Source of the DNA: Fimbriosthenelais zetlandica
Lineage: Eukaryota
Direction of reading: 5' to 3'
DNA length: 64,000 bases
Assembly (NCBI GenBank): GCA_977030845.1
Contig: OZ365109.1
Span: forward strand, 55,118,001-55,182,000
The position numbers and the translations under genes were made by a program. Under the pieces are notes generated by a model that saw nothing but the letters and a program-made list of their open reading frames with translations, was not told the DNA's origin and ran no database searches. Positions 51,669 to 63,727 of this stretch are shown here, one piece after another (position 1 is the first letter of the stretch; the number at the start of each line of letters is the position of its first letter).

Positions 51669-54600
51669 GTAAAGTAATCGACTTTAATCGTTTTTAATTC
51701 CATTTTGGTATTTTTTCGGGCGCAGAAGTGTATTCTAAGGTGGGCGCTCAAAAATACAGATGAATGGTTATTACTTATAACAAGAAACGCCCATACGAAC
51801 CTAAAGTACATTTCTGATTGGCATTGACTATTATGTGAGAAGGACAAGAGAGAAAACAAGGATTCTACCCAAAAGGACTAAGCTAATATTTTAGTGGGTC
51901 GGGTTACTTTGGGGAGTCTACTATAATCATGATGTTTTGGTGGCGTTGTCTGCCGCGGTAATGGTAATGTGTTAACAAGGTCTTTACAGAAGCTGAGCTG
52001 ACTTTTTACATGCATGTCTTCACATCTCAGCTTTAGGCCAGGGCATATATGTATTCCCAGTAAATCCTTTAGTCTCTTTTGTTCTATGTGATATTTGTAT
52101 GTGTATAATAAATTTGATGGTATAATTTGTTGCTTCACCGTGATATAATCTCACTGTTGACTCCTGGTCATTGAGTCTAGGATGGGTTCTAGCTATTGAT
52201 GTGGGAGTCATTCTAACTTTTAATGAGAGTAAATATACATATTGAGCTGTATGAGGCTTATGTATAATGCTTTGGGACTTCCTAGAGCTCAAGGGATTTA
52301 TGGGATCGATGGAATTGTGACAAGTACATATAGATGAGTCACTTCAGCAGAAAGCAGTCTTTTATTGGATTGAGACCAAATGTTGCTTGCTTGAAAACGA
52401 ACTCTCAAGAATTCTCCTTTTGTGAATTTGATGTTTCGAGAGATTGAAAATCTATCTCTGTAAAAATGCAAAAGTAGTTTTAAGATGAAGTGGGGACATG
52501 GCATTACCACAGTACGCTGAGCAAATGATTGGGAGCTTACCGTCTGAGAGCCCAGTGAAGCAAAGAGTAATGCTTATCTAAATGTCTGGCCAGAAATGGG
52601 AGACATTCCGGTCTGGACCAGCGGGGCCACTGCTTGTCAGTATATGGGCCTTTGACTGAGCCTGCTATTGGCTACCGTTTGTCATGTGACAAGAATGCCA
52701 CGTGACGTGAGCCTGAAAGGGTGTGCCGGGTAGTTTACCGGAATCGATCAATGTGCCATCTGGTAGGGTTTGCATGGGGTGGTGAAATTGGAATGTGATA
52801 TATCACAGAGCTTCTAAAAGGAACTTGACACCGGGCCCTCACTGATGGCGTCTCTGTCTAATAGCAACCACGTCACTTACTAACAAAGCCTGCGGATCAA
52901 AATACACAGCTCACGATCTTTCATCACAATTCATAGCCATTTTAACGAAAGTTCCAAAATGACCAAATTAATCTCTCCACTTGGCAATTAAAAAAGTTTA
53001 CCAAGAATCTTCAGTGTTAACTTGTGTGATTGACATGATGAAAGTATATATAGCATGGCGCCAAATGTAAAGGTCATGACTGGGAATATATTGGCTCGAT
53101 TGCTTCACGTTCAACAAAGCTGCCACACACCTTCAGGTGATATGGGTCCAAAATACCACAGTAGCTGTCATCATCCGACACATTGTCTTGCACACGGTGT
53201 CAAGATTTTTAACGTCGTTATCGTTATGAGGTGACAGATATGTCGCCTGCCTAACAACAGCCTGGCAGTAACTGTCAAGATGACTTCTCATTATATGTCA
53301 AAACAAAAGGTCATTACGTCATGATCAGCTAAAAACGTCTCCTATACCTGGGAATTATTTCCAGCAATAACATTGATTGAGACAGGTCCGTCTCTGGGTT
53401 CTACAATAGATATCAACATTACTAATGCGAGTATGTTCTGAAAAATATTTATCAGTTTGAAGTATGCTTGAGTGGGCTCTACATCCAACGCCAAATTTCA
53501 GTTTATATGCATTGAAAAGATTTTACTTTTCTTGTAATGTCAAACGCCTATTGGAGCACTAAGAGCAATGTTCGCTTCTCCTTCTATTGCTGATGAGGAT
53601 TGAATATCACATTAGAATTGTATCACTAGGGGGAGATTACTTCATGTCCTTTCAAGCAAGGACATCGCATGTCTCATGTTCCTTTATCTCAATTTTACGG
53701 TGTCAGATTTTCACGTTAGATTCACACAGCAGTTGGAAATCAATTCTTTCCTGGCTTCGGTTTACACCAAATGAGAACATCCCCGAATTTTTTACCCATT
53801 ACAATGTACACAAACTGGCCTTGTCAACCTTATACATTCCCATTTACCCCACATCACCCAAGGCAATACCAGTTCTGAAATGTCTTTAGTTGGCATGGGA
53901 ATAAACCAGCCCACACCTTGTTTAAGAACTGTCAAGTCCCATTGAGTGGCAATGTATCATCCATTAGTTTATAATTCGTTCTGATATGTACTTCATTATC
54001 CAACCCGCAGTTCTTTCTTTATACCATGCCCTTTATATCTACAGTAGATAGAATACTTTGGGAAATTCACTTATATTAATGCAAGGTTTTTATGTATGTT
54101 CAAATAGACTGACTGGTCTTGTGTTTAATTAAATATCAATTCCCTTACACGTTGTCTATGGAATTGCCAAACAAACTTCTTCGTTAGCAATGCAGTTCTA
54201 TCTTCCTACAGAGGAAATTGCAGATAATGCTATCGAATGGGCAGAGGTAGTTTCTTCTATAGTATCTGGCACGTACATGTACAGATGTTTTGTAAAGTCA
54301 CATATTGCTAGTATCAGTGTCTTGGTTCATGAAAAGATACATGGTGGGGCATATCCATTGATGGCGCGTGGATGAACCAACCATTCAATTATGTGCAAAT
54401 TGCTTACCTAAGTCAGAATGTGGTATGAGAATGAGGGGGCACTTCCCATTTTTCTTCATAAAGGTGTAAGGCTGCCTACTCTTGACGACCTGGTGATGGG
54501 CTTCCTCTCCGAAACCATCTCCGGTGGGTTATTGCTTAATCACGTCTCGGGATTATTTTAAACTTTTAGTAATTGCTATCTTACAGCAACCTATACACCC

Positions 54601-55423
54601 AGAGGGCCTTGTAAAATATGTTATTGCTCGTCCTGTCATGTTGCAGATATGAATATGCCAGATGAGAGTGACAATTGTTGGGTGTACTCGCTAAAGCAGC
54701 CCTCATAGATGATTTGGAATAATAAACTAGATATATATTTGTTGTAAAATCTCCTAAAGTTCCCCAGAGGATCACTTGACTGTAGATGAATAGCCTGGTG
54801 CACCTTGCCCATGGATTAAGGGATATGGACCCAGGGACTGTTAATGACCCCATTGAGGATGAGGCGCCCACCACACTGCTCTACATTCACCCATGTCGTC
54901 CTCTATAAGAGAATCCTTTTTTCATTTCCGGCAAGGTTAAAGGTCCGATCGGCTATTGTAAATCTTTATGGGTCTTCTCCACTGGAGTAAAATTTCTACA
55001 AGCTGGTCTTGAAAAGTTTCTATATATAAGGCCTACACACAACAAACTAGTCTCTCATGTATAATTGAGTTTATTCACACAAAGAAGTATTCAGAATCTG
55101 ACATAGAGGGTCCAGCCATAGATATAGAATGTATCTAGGTTTATGGACAAACTACTGGGGACCATATAACACCTGTTAATGGCTTCGTTTTGTCTGCAGT
55201 TGATTGGAGTCAATCTGCAGTGTGGGGCCAATCTGCAAGGGACGGTGGCCTGGCTGGAGACTGCACTAAAAGTGTAGCAGACAAGACTTACAGCAGTCTT
55301 CTTGATGTGGACTCCCATTAGCACCTCATATATATAAGGCGCTAATGGCTCATTGTTTTTTGCTTCTGTTCGTCATCCAGTAAACAAAATTCAATATTAC
55401 CGGTACATCTTTTTCTTTTTTAG

Positions 55424-55499
55424 GATGTGATGAGAGCTGCTTTTGGCCGTCCTGGCTTTATCATTCTAACTGTGATGCAGTTCCTCTATCCAATGATAG
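55424..55499 (+). CDS. SLC38A11: SLC38A11 exon 5 (DVMRAAFGRPGFIILTVMQFLYPMI)
   Basis: Long T-tract-tag acceptor, ag|gtaaca donor, phase 0 to 1. Confidence 0.95.
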
Positions 55500-55960
55500 G
55501 TAACAGTATTTTACAATTCTGTTAAACTAAAGCAATTCTAATTATAGACATTAAACTATATAACTAAAGTTTTCCTCAGATTAATTATAATCTTTTTTTA
55601 TTGTCTAATGACATATTGAACTGGCGTACAAACGCTTAGAATTTCCATCCTTCAGGAATTTACACTAATAATTTTTTAGGATAAATTAGAATGGAAGCGC
55701 CGCTCCACCAAAAATATCTCCATCAGCTACACGATCAATAAATGTCTACCGTTCTATTGTCTGGGAGACATCTCCTTTTGCTCAAGGAATGCAATTAGAA
55801 TTTCTGGATTTGACTCTCTCTTGTTCTTATCAGTTTAATATTATTTCCAGCCTAGGGCCTTGCACAGACATAATGATAATATTACAGATCTCCACAATCG
55901 ATCATCTTAAGTTATGTTCTATACCTGATTTAATTCACTTTTGTCGTCAAACTCTTTCAG

Positions 55961-56026
55961 CTATGATTAGTTACAATGTGATCATCGGTGATACCATTAC
56001 AAAAATAGTCCTGCGGGTTGGAGGTG
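55961..56026 (+). CDS. SLC38A11: SLC38A11 exon 6 (AMISYNVIIGDTITKIVLRVGG)
   Basis: ctctttcag acceptor, g|gtgagt donor, phase 1 to 1. Confidence 0.95.
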
Positions 56027-56243
56027 GTGAGTAGACCTAAAATTATAGCCTATATTTTTTCTGTTTAAAGTTTCAAGATGCTCTGAAAATGTTTTGTATA
56101 GGCCTCTATAACGTTGAAATTGTATTGGTCCTTATAAATGCTGGTTAAGACAGCAAGTAAGCTGGAATGGTTGAAAACAGAGATGTCCCAGAACAAATAA
56201 GATAAAATATTACAAAAAAATCTATTTTTTATCTACTTAACAG

Positions 56244-56353
56244 AATCCATCAAACACACCGTCATCGCAAGTCGTCAGTTTGTCATCATTATGACTACCA
56301 TCATTATTACTCTACCACTATCACTCTATAAAGACATCACTAAACTCGGGAAG
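56244..56353 (+). CDS. SLC38A11: SLC38A11 exon 7 (ESIKHTVIASRQFVIIMTTIIITLPLSLYKDITKLGK)
   Basis: taacag acceptor, aag|gtaagc donor, phase 1 to 0. Confidence 0.95.
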
Positions 56354-57037
56354 GTAAGCTTAACATTCATTTTTCGTTTCTGAGACACTTAAGTTTGTAA
56401 CATTGTAACATACATCAAACAAACTGCCATGTGTCTTTAGACTCTGGATTCTATTTGCCAAGAGCCAGTGAGTTAGGCACTCTGGGAGACTGGGCCACAT
56501 ATAGATAATATATCTGCATGGGATTTGTCCCAGTTTGCATAGGCCTCACACGACATTCAGGAGATTGTTCCTTGTCTGCAGGAGACTGGACTAGATCTGC
56601 AGGGGGCGGGCCCAGTTTGTAGGGAATAGTACCTGGTCACTTATAAACCGGTGACTAAATCAGATCTTGCAGTTATCTTGTCAGGTTGACTTAGTCAGCA
56701 GAGCCCCTTGATGTAGACAGATCAACATAAGTCTAAAAGCTTTTCCTTTCCAACTACTTCCTCACATAGAGCAGGTTGGCCCTTCCTCATTAAAAATTTA
56801 CCAGAACCATGTGTATGACCAAACCCAGCATCCTGACTCTCCAAGTGATGTTAGTTCCTAAGTCTAGTGTATATTGAACTGGTAGATTGCGGGGTTCGAA
56901 TTACATGTAGTATGACTGCTTACACCATATCAAAAAAGTATATAATTATATTTTTACACAATGTTTTGTATGAGGCATGTGGAGCATAGTTGGACCTTGC
57001 TCTCTGACAAAGGCTCATGTACTGACTTTTCTTCCAG

Positions 57038-57111
57038 GTGTCGCTAGTGTCGATAGTGTTTGTAGTTTTCATTGTGGCTGTAATGATAGGGAAAGGTTTC
57101 GCCATGCCAGT
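57038..57111 (+). CDS. SLC38A11: SLC38A11 exon 8A (VSLVSIVFVVFIVAVMIGKGFAMP-V, TM5; canonical-like variant)
   Basis: tactgac branch-like motif, ttttcttccag acceptor, gt|gtaaga donor, 74 nt, phase 0 to 2; resembles vertebrate KVSLIS segment. Confidence 0.9.
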
Positions 57112-57969
57112 GTAAGAATTAAACATCTACGAATAATTAACATTTTATTGATTAATTGTTTGTTGTTTCTTCCTATAACCATCTCCATACGTGCTGATAA
57201 TTATTGCCATATTTTTCTAATATCGAGTATTACCCTCTAGCTTCTATATATATGCCTAATTATTGAGACCTTATTATAGTAGCCTACCTTTGGTTGTTGT
57301 GCGTATTTCTATTTTTAATCTCATTATTTTTACTTCTTTTTAATATTTGATTTTTATATATTCTCCCATTTTAAAGCCCGACGTGTAACCAACAGGAAAC
57401 TGAAAGAAAAGTCCTTTAATAGCAAACGTTGATAGTTAGACCGGTCTTCAAATACATGCGTCGAATATTTCCACTAAATCTTCCAAAAACTAATCTTGCA
57501 TGATTATATTCCTAATGCCGGGCCCACACAGAGGCGATTTGCTCAAGGGATGCAGAGCGATAGGATATTTCTAGTCACAACCAATGCTTGTTATTTGAAC
57601 AGTCCTTTACAACTAGCTAAGGCTAACCACTAACAAAATTACAAGCTAAAGATTATGCAAACCCATGAGTGGAAAATGAACCTATAATATATATTTTTTT
57701 GAAGTTTGCTTTATGTTTATTTCATTTATTTGGAACCGTATAGTTCATCTTTTGAGTAAAAACTTACTGGCTCTTCCATGACATCTTGCATGCTATAAAG
57801 GTCGAATACACGTATCTTTCGTCTGACCCTTCCCGCGATCCTTGAACCAGCATTTGTCTCCTTTCCCCTTTTTACATGGCGATGTTGTGCCTTCAATGTG
57901 ATGTCAGCTCTGACTAACGAGTGGCCTCTCAATCTCTTGCTATTTTATCCCCCTTTTATATCCTTTCAG

Positions 57970-58043
57970 TATGCATGCGTATCAATTTTATTAGTCTTGG
58001 CCATCGTCGCCCAGATGATGGTGCGCCGCTTCACACTGACTGT
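57970..58043 (+). CDS. SLC38A11: SLC38A11 exon 8B (YACVSILLVLAIVAQMMVRRFTLT-V), duplicated mutually exclusive TM5 exon
   Basis: ctgactaac branch motif, long pyrimidine tract ending tcctttcag, gt|gtaagt donor; same 74-nt length and phases as 8A; 10 of 25 residues identical to 8A. Confidence 0.85.
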
Positions 58044-58861
58044 GTAAGTCTTCCAATTCAGACTATAGTGAATCATTTTAGACTACTTTAATACTCAAAA
58101 GTGCGGAGAATGTAAAGAAAAAATTTGGAATTGTCGGTAAATTTAGCAGAACAAGTTTTAGAAATTGTTTGGTTGTTGTGAATAATTCCTAAAGAATTCC
58201 CATGCAGTAAATTTTTCATTCTGGCACAACATTGATGCTGTCGGGTGTAATTTCAGAATTTTAGTCATAACATTGTGACGATAAATTAGAAGTGTTAAAT
58301 TCAAATATGTAACTGATAATTAAATGGTATTTGATAGAGTAGAGCTACCAAGATGGGAATATTAAACATATATCCAAAAAATGATTAAAAAAGATGATTG
58401 GAAATATTTCTTTATGAAATGTATCATATATATTTTTTAATGTTTATGTTAGCTACCTTACATAACTAGTCAGGAAGCGCACATTTCAAGGCACAACTTA
58501 ATTTAAATTTGATTATTTTCAATCTTTTGTGCTTTATTGCTAATTCTTATATATTATAAATTGCTAATGCTTATATAATATAAATCTATGACCTAAAACT
58601 AGGATTATTGATCAACTCATACTAAATGTTGAATACGCCATGCGAGTCACTTATGAGTTTCTCTGCATAATTACCAAAAGCTTCTTCATCAAAGCTTATA
58701 ATGTAGAATGGGATTAGTCATAAATTTGGTTATAAATGTCATTATTTGGGCAATATCTTAAATAAATTGGATTAGTCCTTTCTGTCTGATTGTCTTAATT
58801 AAAATTTTCAAATTAATATTTTTTATTGTTTTTTATGAGTTTTATCTCATTATTCTCACAG

Positions 58862-58932
58862 ACCACAGACAGATGATGCCTGGCAGTTTGCCAACACTGG
58901 AGTAACAAAAGCTATAGGAATCATGGCCTTTG
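58862..58932 (+). CDS. SLC38A11: SLC38A11 exon 9 (PQTDDAWQFANTGVTKAIGIMAF)
   Basis: ttctcacag acceptor, g|gtaaga donor, phase 2 to 1. Confidence 0.95.
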
Positions 58933-59512
58933 GTAAGACCTGCATTTAATGTAATTTGCATATTCATGTTATTGGTGGGAAAGGTTGTCATGTTAACCTA
59001 GGTGGAGCAGCTCAAGAGAGAAACAAAATTGTATGGCTTTCTATGCAGTTTTATTTCCTCATCTCGAAAATGCCATTGCATGTACAACGCACATCAATTT
59101 TTTGAAAGCTGGATGTCCAACATTGACATTCCCGTCTAGTATTGAAGGTTCATTAGAAGCTACAGTTATTTGGTGGCAAATTTAGTACATATCATCTAAC
59201 TGATTTCCAACTTGAAATACGAAAACACAATATCTTTTTCTGAGAGTCAGCCATTTTATGTTAAAGGGTGCTCTGTTTTATCAGTAAATTGGCTTTGTTG
59301 CATATAATATTATATAATTTATTCAACCGTTAAATACCTTCGAACCCCATGTAGCAAAAAGATATATCGCGATGCCTAACTATTGGCATTCCAGTAACAA
59401 GAACTCATGTGGTCTCATGACATCTTAACCATATACATGCTTTTGGAACATCAATCTTGATCATATTTGATGCAGTAAGACTAATTTAATGAATTAACCT
59501 CTTCCCCCACAG

Positions 59513-59674
59513 CCTACATGTGCCATCATAACTCCTTCCTGATCTACGACTCACTGGAGGAGCCCACGGAGAAACGCTGGGGGATCGTGACACACGTCAG
59601 CGTCCTGTTTGCCATGTTCTGTACCCTGGTCCTGGGCATCACTGGCTACGCCACATTCACTGGCTTTACTCAAG
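59513..59674 (+). CDS. SLC38A11: SLC38A11 exon 10 (AYMCHHNSFLIYDSLEEPTEKRW...GYATFTGFTQ)
   Basis: cttcccccacag acceptor, ag|gtctgt donor, phase 1 to 1; highly conserved motif. Confidence 0.97.
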
Positions 59675-61006
59675 GTCTGTCATTTCTATTATTTTGGCGA
59701 AAATTTTTATAAAAATGCCATTTTGTCCCAATTAGAATAATCTTGAAAGTTTATGCTTTCGAACAGTAATGGTTGCATTGAAGTTGTGACCAAACTGTTT
59801 TGCTGTGTTGTTAATCTTATGAATGGGATTATATACACATCATTATCAAATGTTCTAAGAGGAATAAAATGATGATGAATTTTTAAAATATTTATCCTTC
59901 CGTTAATATTCGCAGGCTTTTGATCATTTTATTGTCACTAAAGTATAGGAAGTCGGCCGACAGCAGGTGGAATTTAGACTTAAGGGCTCTCAACAGAATG
60001 CCTTCTTGAAAGGGAATAGCTTCTGTGTCCTCATGACCTTGTAGTTGGATACACGGGATTTGAACAGGATCCATTAACAAAACAGCAGCCAGAGCAAGGT
60101 CTCAGTATAATTGCAAAATACATCTATAATTAGAGATCAGATCAAGCATCAGGCTTGTACAGGCCCTACACACCAAGCCTTTAGCTAGAGTGATTACCCC
60201 AAAGGGATCACAAACCTTCAGACAGGAGAAATTAACCAATCTCCTCAGGATTGGCCGAGACTGAAAGAGATGGGCCAGAAATCCCACAGCAGATCAAAAT
60301 CCTTCCGGAGATTTGATTTAGTCTCCTACAGAAAAATCCCTGAGGAGATATTCATACATGCAGTCAGGTGACTTTCAAATATTTTCCAAAACCTGGCTGA
60401 TGTATAGTGTTTTACAGATCTGCTCAAAATATCAAATATTTGTTGATAATTCTTGTGTGTCCAGGCCAGGTATGGGTCTGTAGGCCTAGTCTGCAGGGGA
60501 TTAGGATCTCATTTGCTCGTGTCTCTAGAGAGAAAGCATTCTGCTGAGGATCATTGCGATCTCCACCCGACTTGTCTCCTTGGTGTGAACAGGCTTTAAT
60601 ATATCTCTTGGGAAATTATCCCCGTCCTGACTACGAGGTAAAGTACTAGGTGGGAGGTGGTGCCGGATCGTGTCCTTTTAGTGGGCTGCCTGAGCGAACT
60701 GGATGGGTCATGCAATGGCCGTGGTCACTGCTGGTCAGCCAATCCAACCCACAAGCTTATCTTATCATATGGTGCCATGTATACGTATAAAGGGCATCCG
60801 TAGTAAATGTAGTTGCTCATGACCAAGGTAAAAAAAATATGGGGCGGGCGAGCGGGCGAAGAAAACTTGAAAAACTTATGAAAAGGAATTTTTGAGGAGA
60901 CATGATGCAACTTTGTTTGATTTTCTTAAGAGATCCCCTTTTTCTGTCTTGCCTGCCTGTCTTTAGCAGTGACTTAAGAATGGATTCTTTCTTTATTGTT
61001 GTACAG

Positions 61007-61119
61007 GTGACGTTTTAGAGAACTACTGCCATAAGGATGATTTGATGAATGTGGCACGCGTTCTGTTTGCTGGTACTATTATGCTCACCTACCCTATAGA
61101 ATGCTTCGTCGCTAGACAG
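61007..61119 (+). CDS. SLC38A11: SLC38A11 exon 11 (GDVLENYCHKDDLMNVARVLFAGTIMLTYPIECFVARQ)
   Basis: gtacag acceptor, cag|gtaaat donor, phase 1 to 0. Confidence 0.97.
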
Positions 61120-61364
61120 GTAAATACATGTATTACAGATTCAATTTATCCACTAACTTCAATGATTCAGATCATAATAGATGGACGCATGAAGAAGAGG
61201 ATATATTCTTAAAGAACTTCATTTCAAGTCCTCACTAGAGTGCAAAAAAATCATTTCTTCAAGCTAGTTTATGCCATGATGAATTAGAATATCACAGAGA
61301 TTGATACCTATAATAATGGAATAGCGTATGATTGATTAACCTCATCTTTTCCCCCCGCAAACAG

Positions 61365-61502
61365 GTGATTGAAAATGCAGTTTTTGCCTTCAAGCAGCCA
61401 CCACCATTATGGCGCCACGTCCTTATCACATTCATTATAACCTTCATCTCTGTTATCGTCTCCATGGCAACAGATTGCCTCGGTATTGTTCTGGAACTGA
61501 AC
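61365..61502 (+). CDS. SLC38A11: SLC38A11 exon 12 (VIENAVFAFKQPPPLWRHVLITF...DCLGIVLELN)
   Basis: aaacag acceptor, aac|gtaagt donor, phase 0 to 0. Confidence 0.97.
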
Positions 61503-61624
61503 GTAAGTCTCATGACATATACATATATTGATATATTGTTTGTTCTCTAAGGGCTCTCAAGATAGCTAAATGTGGTATAGAATTTTACTTGTCTATACAG
61601 GTCTGTTGTTTAGAATGTTTATAA

Positions 61625-61772
61625 CAGGGGCACATCCATGATTTTGGAAAGGGTGGGGGTCTTTCTCCAAGAAAATCAAAGGTATTTTGAAAGGACGTAT
61701 TCACTGTAAGCAAGAATTTATAGGATGCACATTGTGCTTGGATAATAATTCCAAATCCTGGATCCCATCCCT
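61625..61772. mobile_element. MITE-like element with imperfect terminal inverted repeats (CAGGGGC..ATCCA.GATTTTGG family)
   Basis: Left end caggggcacatccatgattttggaaagg; right end ccaaatcctggatcccatccct; related termini at 5613-5646 and 44854-44867. Confidence 0.55.
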
Positions 61773-61935
61773 AGATCCCTAGATCCATGCTAAATCTCAC
61801 AGATGGCCCTTTTGAGTTTTTTCAGGTTTTCATTTTTTTCCAAAATAGAGGCCTACCTCCATCAAACAGTTGTGAATCTTTGAGAATGTTGTTAATTGAG
61901 GTTTGTATTAAGGAGAGAGTAATGTTCTATTTCAG

Positions 61936-62259
61936 GGTGTTGTAAATGCTGCTCCCCTAGCTTACATATTCCCCGCACTTTGTGTCATGAAACTTCAGAA
62001 TGAACGTCTGCTCAGCTGGAAAAACGTCCCCTGTATTCTCACTGCCACCTTCGGCCTCCTGGTGGCCATCGTCGGATTCATCATGGTCGTCATAGAAATA
62101 GCCAATGGTGTTCACTGTTCGCATGGAAAAGAACTCCCATACTGCCTCTCCACTGACAACCAATCAGAACCCTACGTTGGGCCCCAAGACGTTATGACCC
62201 TAGCAACACAGTCCAGCGTTTTGGCCAACTATTCCTATACAGGAGTAGGTAAAACGTAA
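61936..62259 (+). CDS. SLC38A11: SLC38A11 terminal coding exon 13 (GVVNAAPLAYIFPALCVMKL...CSHGKELPYC...GVGKT*)
   Basis: ttctatttcag acceptor; open to TAA at 62257-62259; conserved CxHGxExxYC motif and N-glycosylation sequons (NQS, NYS). Confidence 0.97.
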   Translation, partial: GVVNAAPLAYIFPALCVMKLQNERLLSWKNVPCILTATFGLLVAIVGFIMVVIEIANGVHCSHGKELPYCLSTDNQSEPYVGPQDVMTLATQSSVLANYSYTGVGKT

Positions 62260-63721
62260 AATGACTTTTCGTAGGCCCATGTGCTGAAATGTATGGATGT
62301 TATAATTACTTGAAATGTGAGGTATTTTGGTGTAGGTGTTCATGATAAGGTGCACAAGATTAGTGCTAATAAGCTTGGAGTCGACTCCACGGGAATCTGT
62401 TAATCGTAACCAAATTTCATCAACAATTTCATTGAGTAAATCTCAACACAAGTGACACAAGGAAAAATGCACATGTATACTGAAATATAAATGAAGGTAA
62501 AAAGGTATCGATGAGAGAATAATAATATATTCATAAATTCTATTCTACTATTGAATGTCTTGTATATTTAAAGGTCTTGATGTTTTAATTTATTAATAGG
62601 CTACTCGTCTCCGAGAAACTAGGGTATCATCTTGAAACTATATCCCCCTATATTTCATCTCTTTTGATCTCATACAGACCATATGTATTCTATAATATAT
62701 ACTTAAATTCATTACCATTAATTATATGAGTTCTTAGGACAATATAGCGTAATTTGCTGTACCATGTGTCAAATAAGAATTCAGGAAAGCAAAAGCTTAG
62801 ACGATGTAGAACCCATCCCCTGATATGGGGCATTTGGTCGTCGCATTTGGAATTTAGCATTGTAGTTTCCCTAGATATGTTAGCGTAGGGCCCATATCTA
62901 TCACTTGAAAATATTTTCTTTATTTTCTTGAATGGGCATTCAACGAACCAAATATGTTAGATATAGCCAAATGTACTTCCTGTACTATAATCAGAGCCAT
63001 GGGAATTTAGCCTAGGTGTTGAAATTCCATTCATTCCTGCTGTCGCTACCTGTAAATTAATTTACCTGTCATTTGTTATTTGTTATGGTTACAGGAAGAC
63101 GCATAACCGTGGGTTATAATGATTGATGAATATTTATCATAAATCATACGTTTCTTACTGAAAGGAGAGGGGATGAGGGACCAATTAACTGTGTTTAGAC
63201 AAAGATATCCACAATGATAGAAGAAAAGAAAAGGCTTAAACTATTTTCCCTAGAAAAGCCTTAAAGTGTAACTATGCTGTCAAATGCATAATTATTATTG
63301 CCTCTGCTGAGGGCGTGACAAGAAATGCTGGGGAAAACAACGTAGGATCTTGTCATACTCAAAACTACTGATATTCTCTTATTACTTTTAATATTACACA
63401 AGTGTGGATGTGATACAAGTAGAATGAACTCCAGGGTGTGAAATTAGTTCTTGTTACTTCTTCCGACCACCAGAATTGAAGTCAGAAAAGTAATCCTTTT
63501 CTTCAAGGTGGCCCTGTGGAGGTTGTTGCCAAAGGGATTATTTTTCGTTGTTTAATCTAGTCGTCCTAACCTTGATACTGTTACATAAATCTGAACAGAA
63601 TGTAAGCTTTAACAATGTCTACTCTTGCACGCTCCATGTTACTTCTCTTTTATAATATAGCCAAGAACAAAGTAAAATGTGGATTATTTGATTCTGGAAC
63701 AACCGTCATATAATGGATCCA

Positions 63722-63727
63722 AATAAA
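63722..63727 (+). other. Possible polyadenylation signal (AATAAA) for SLC38A11
   Basis: First canonical AATAAA I noticed downstream of the stop codon, about 1.5 kb away, in AT-rich DNA where chance matches are common. Confidence 0.25.

Larger units (their letters stand above)
14174..62259 (+). other. SLC38A11: Gene span of SLC38A11-like putative sodium-coupled neutral amino acid transporter (13 coding exons plus alternative exons; 496 aa in the exon-8A, no-microexon form)
   Basis: Manually spliced exons give one uninterrupted frame containing SLC38A11 hallmark motifs: FNFINSIIGSGIIG-MPF, TYQ, QFLYP-IAMISYN, TLPLSLY, AYMCHHNSFLIY-SLEEPT, GYATFTGFTQGD-ENYC, LTYPIECFV-R, DCLGIVLELNG, CSHGKELPYC. 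All introns are GT-AG and phases match. Confidence 0.95.

Noticed and set aside
51878-52138. KDLLGIHICPGLK resembling the KDLGV motif at the end of CR1/L2 reverse transcriptases
   Set aside because: Only one short motif and no upstream RT core; too weak to call a LINE.
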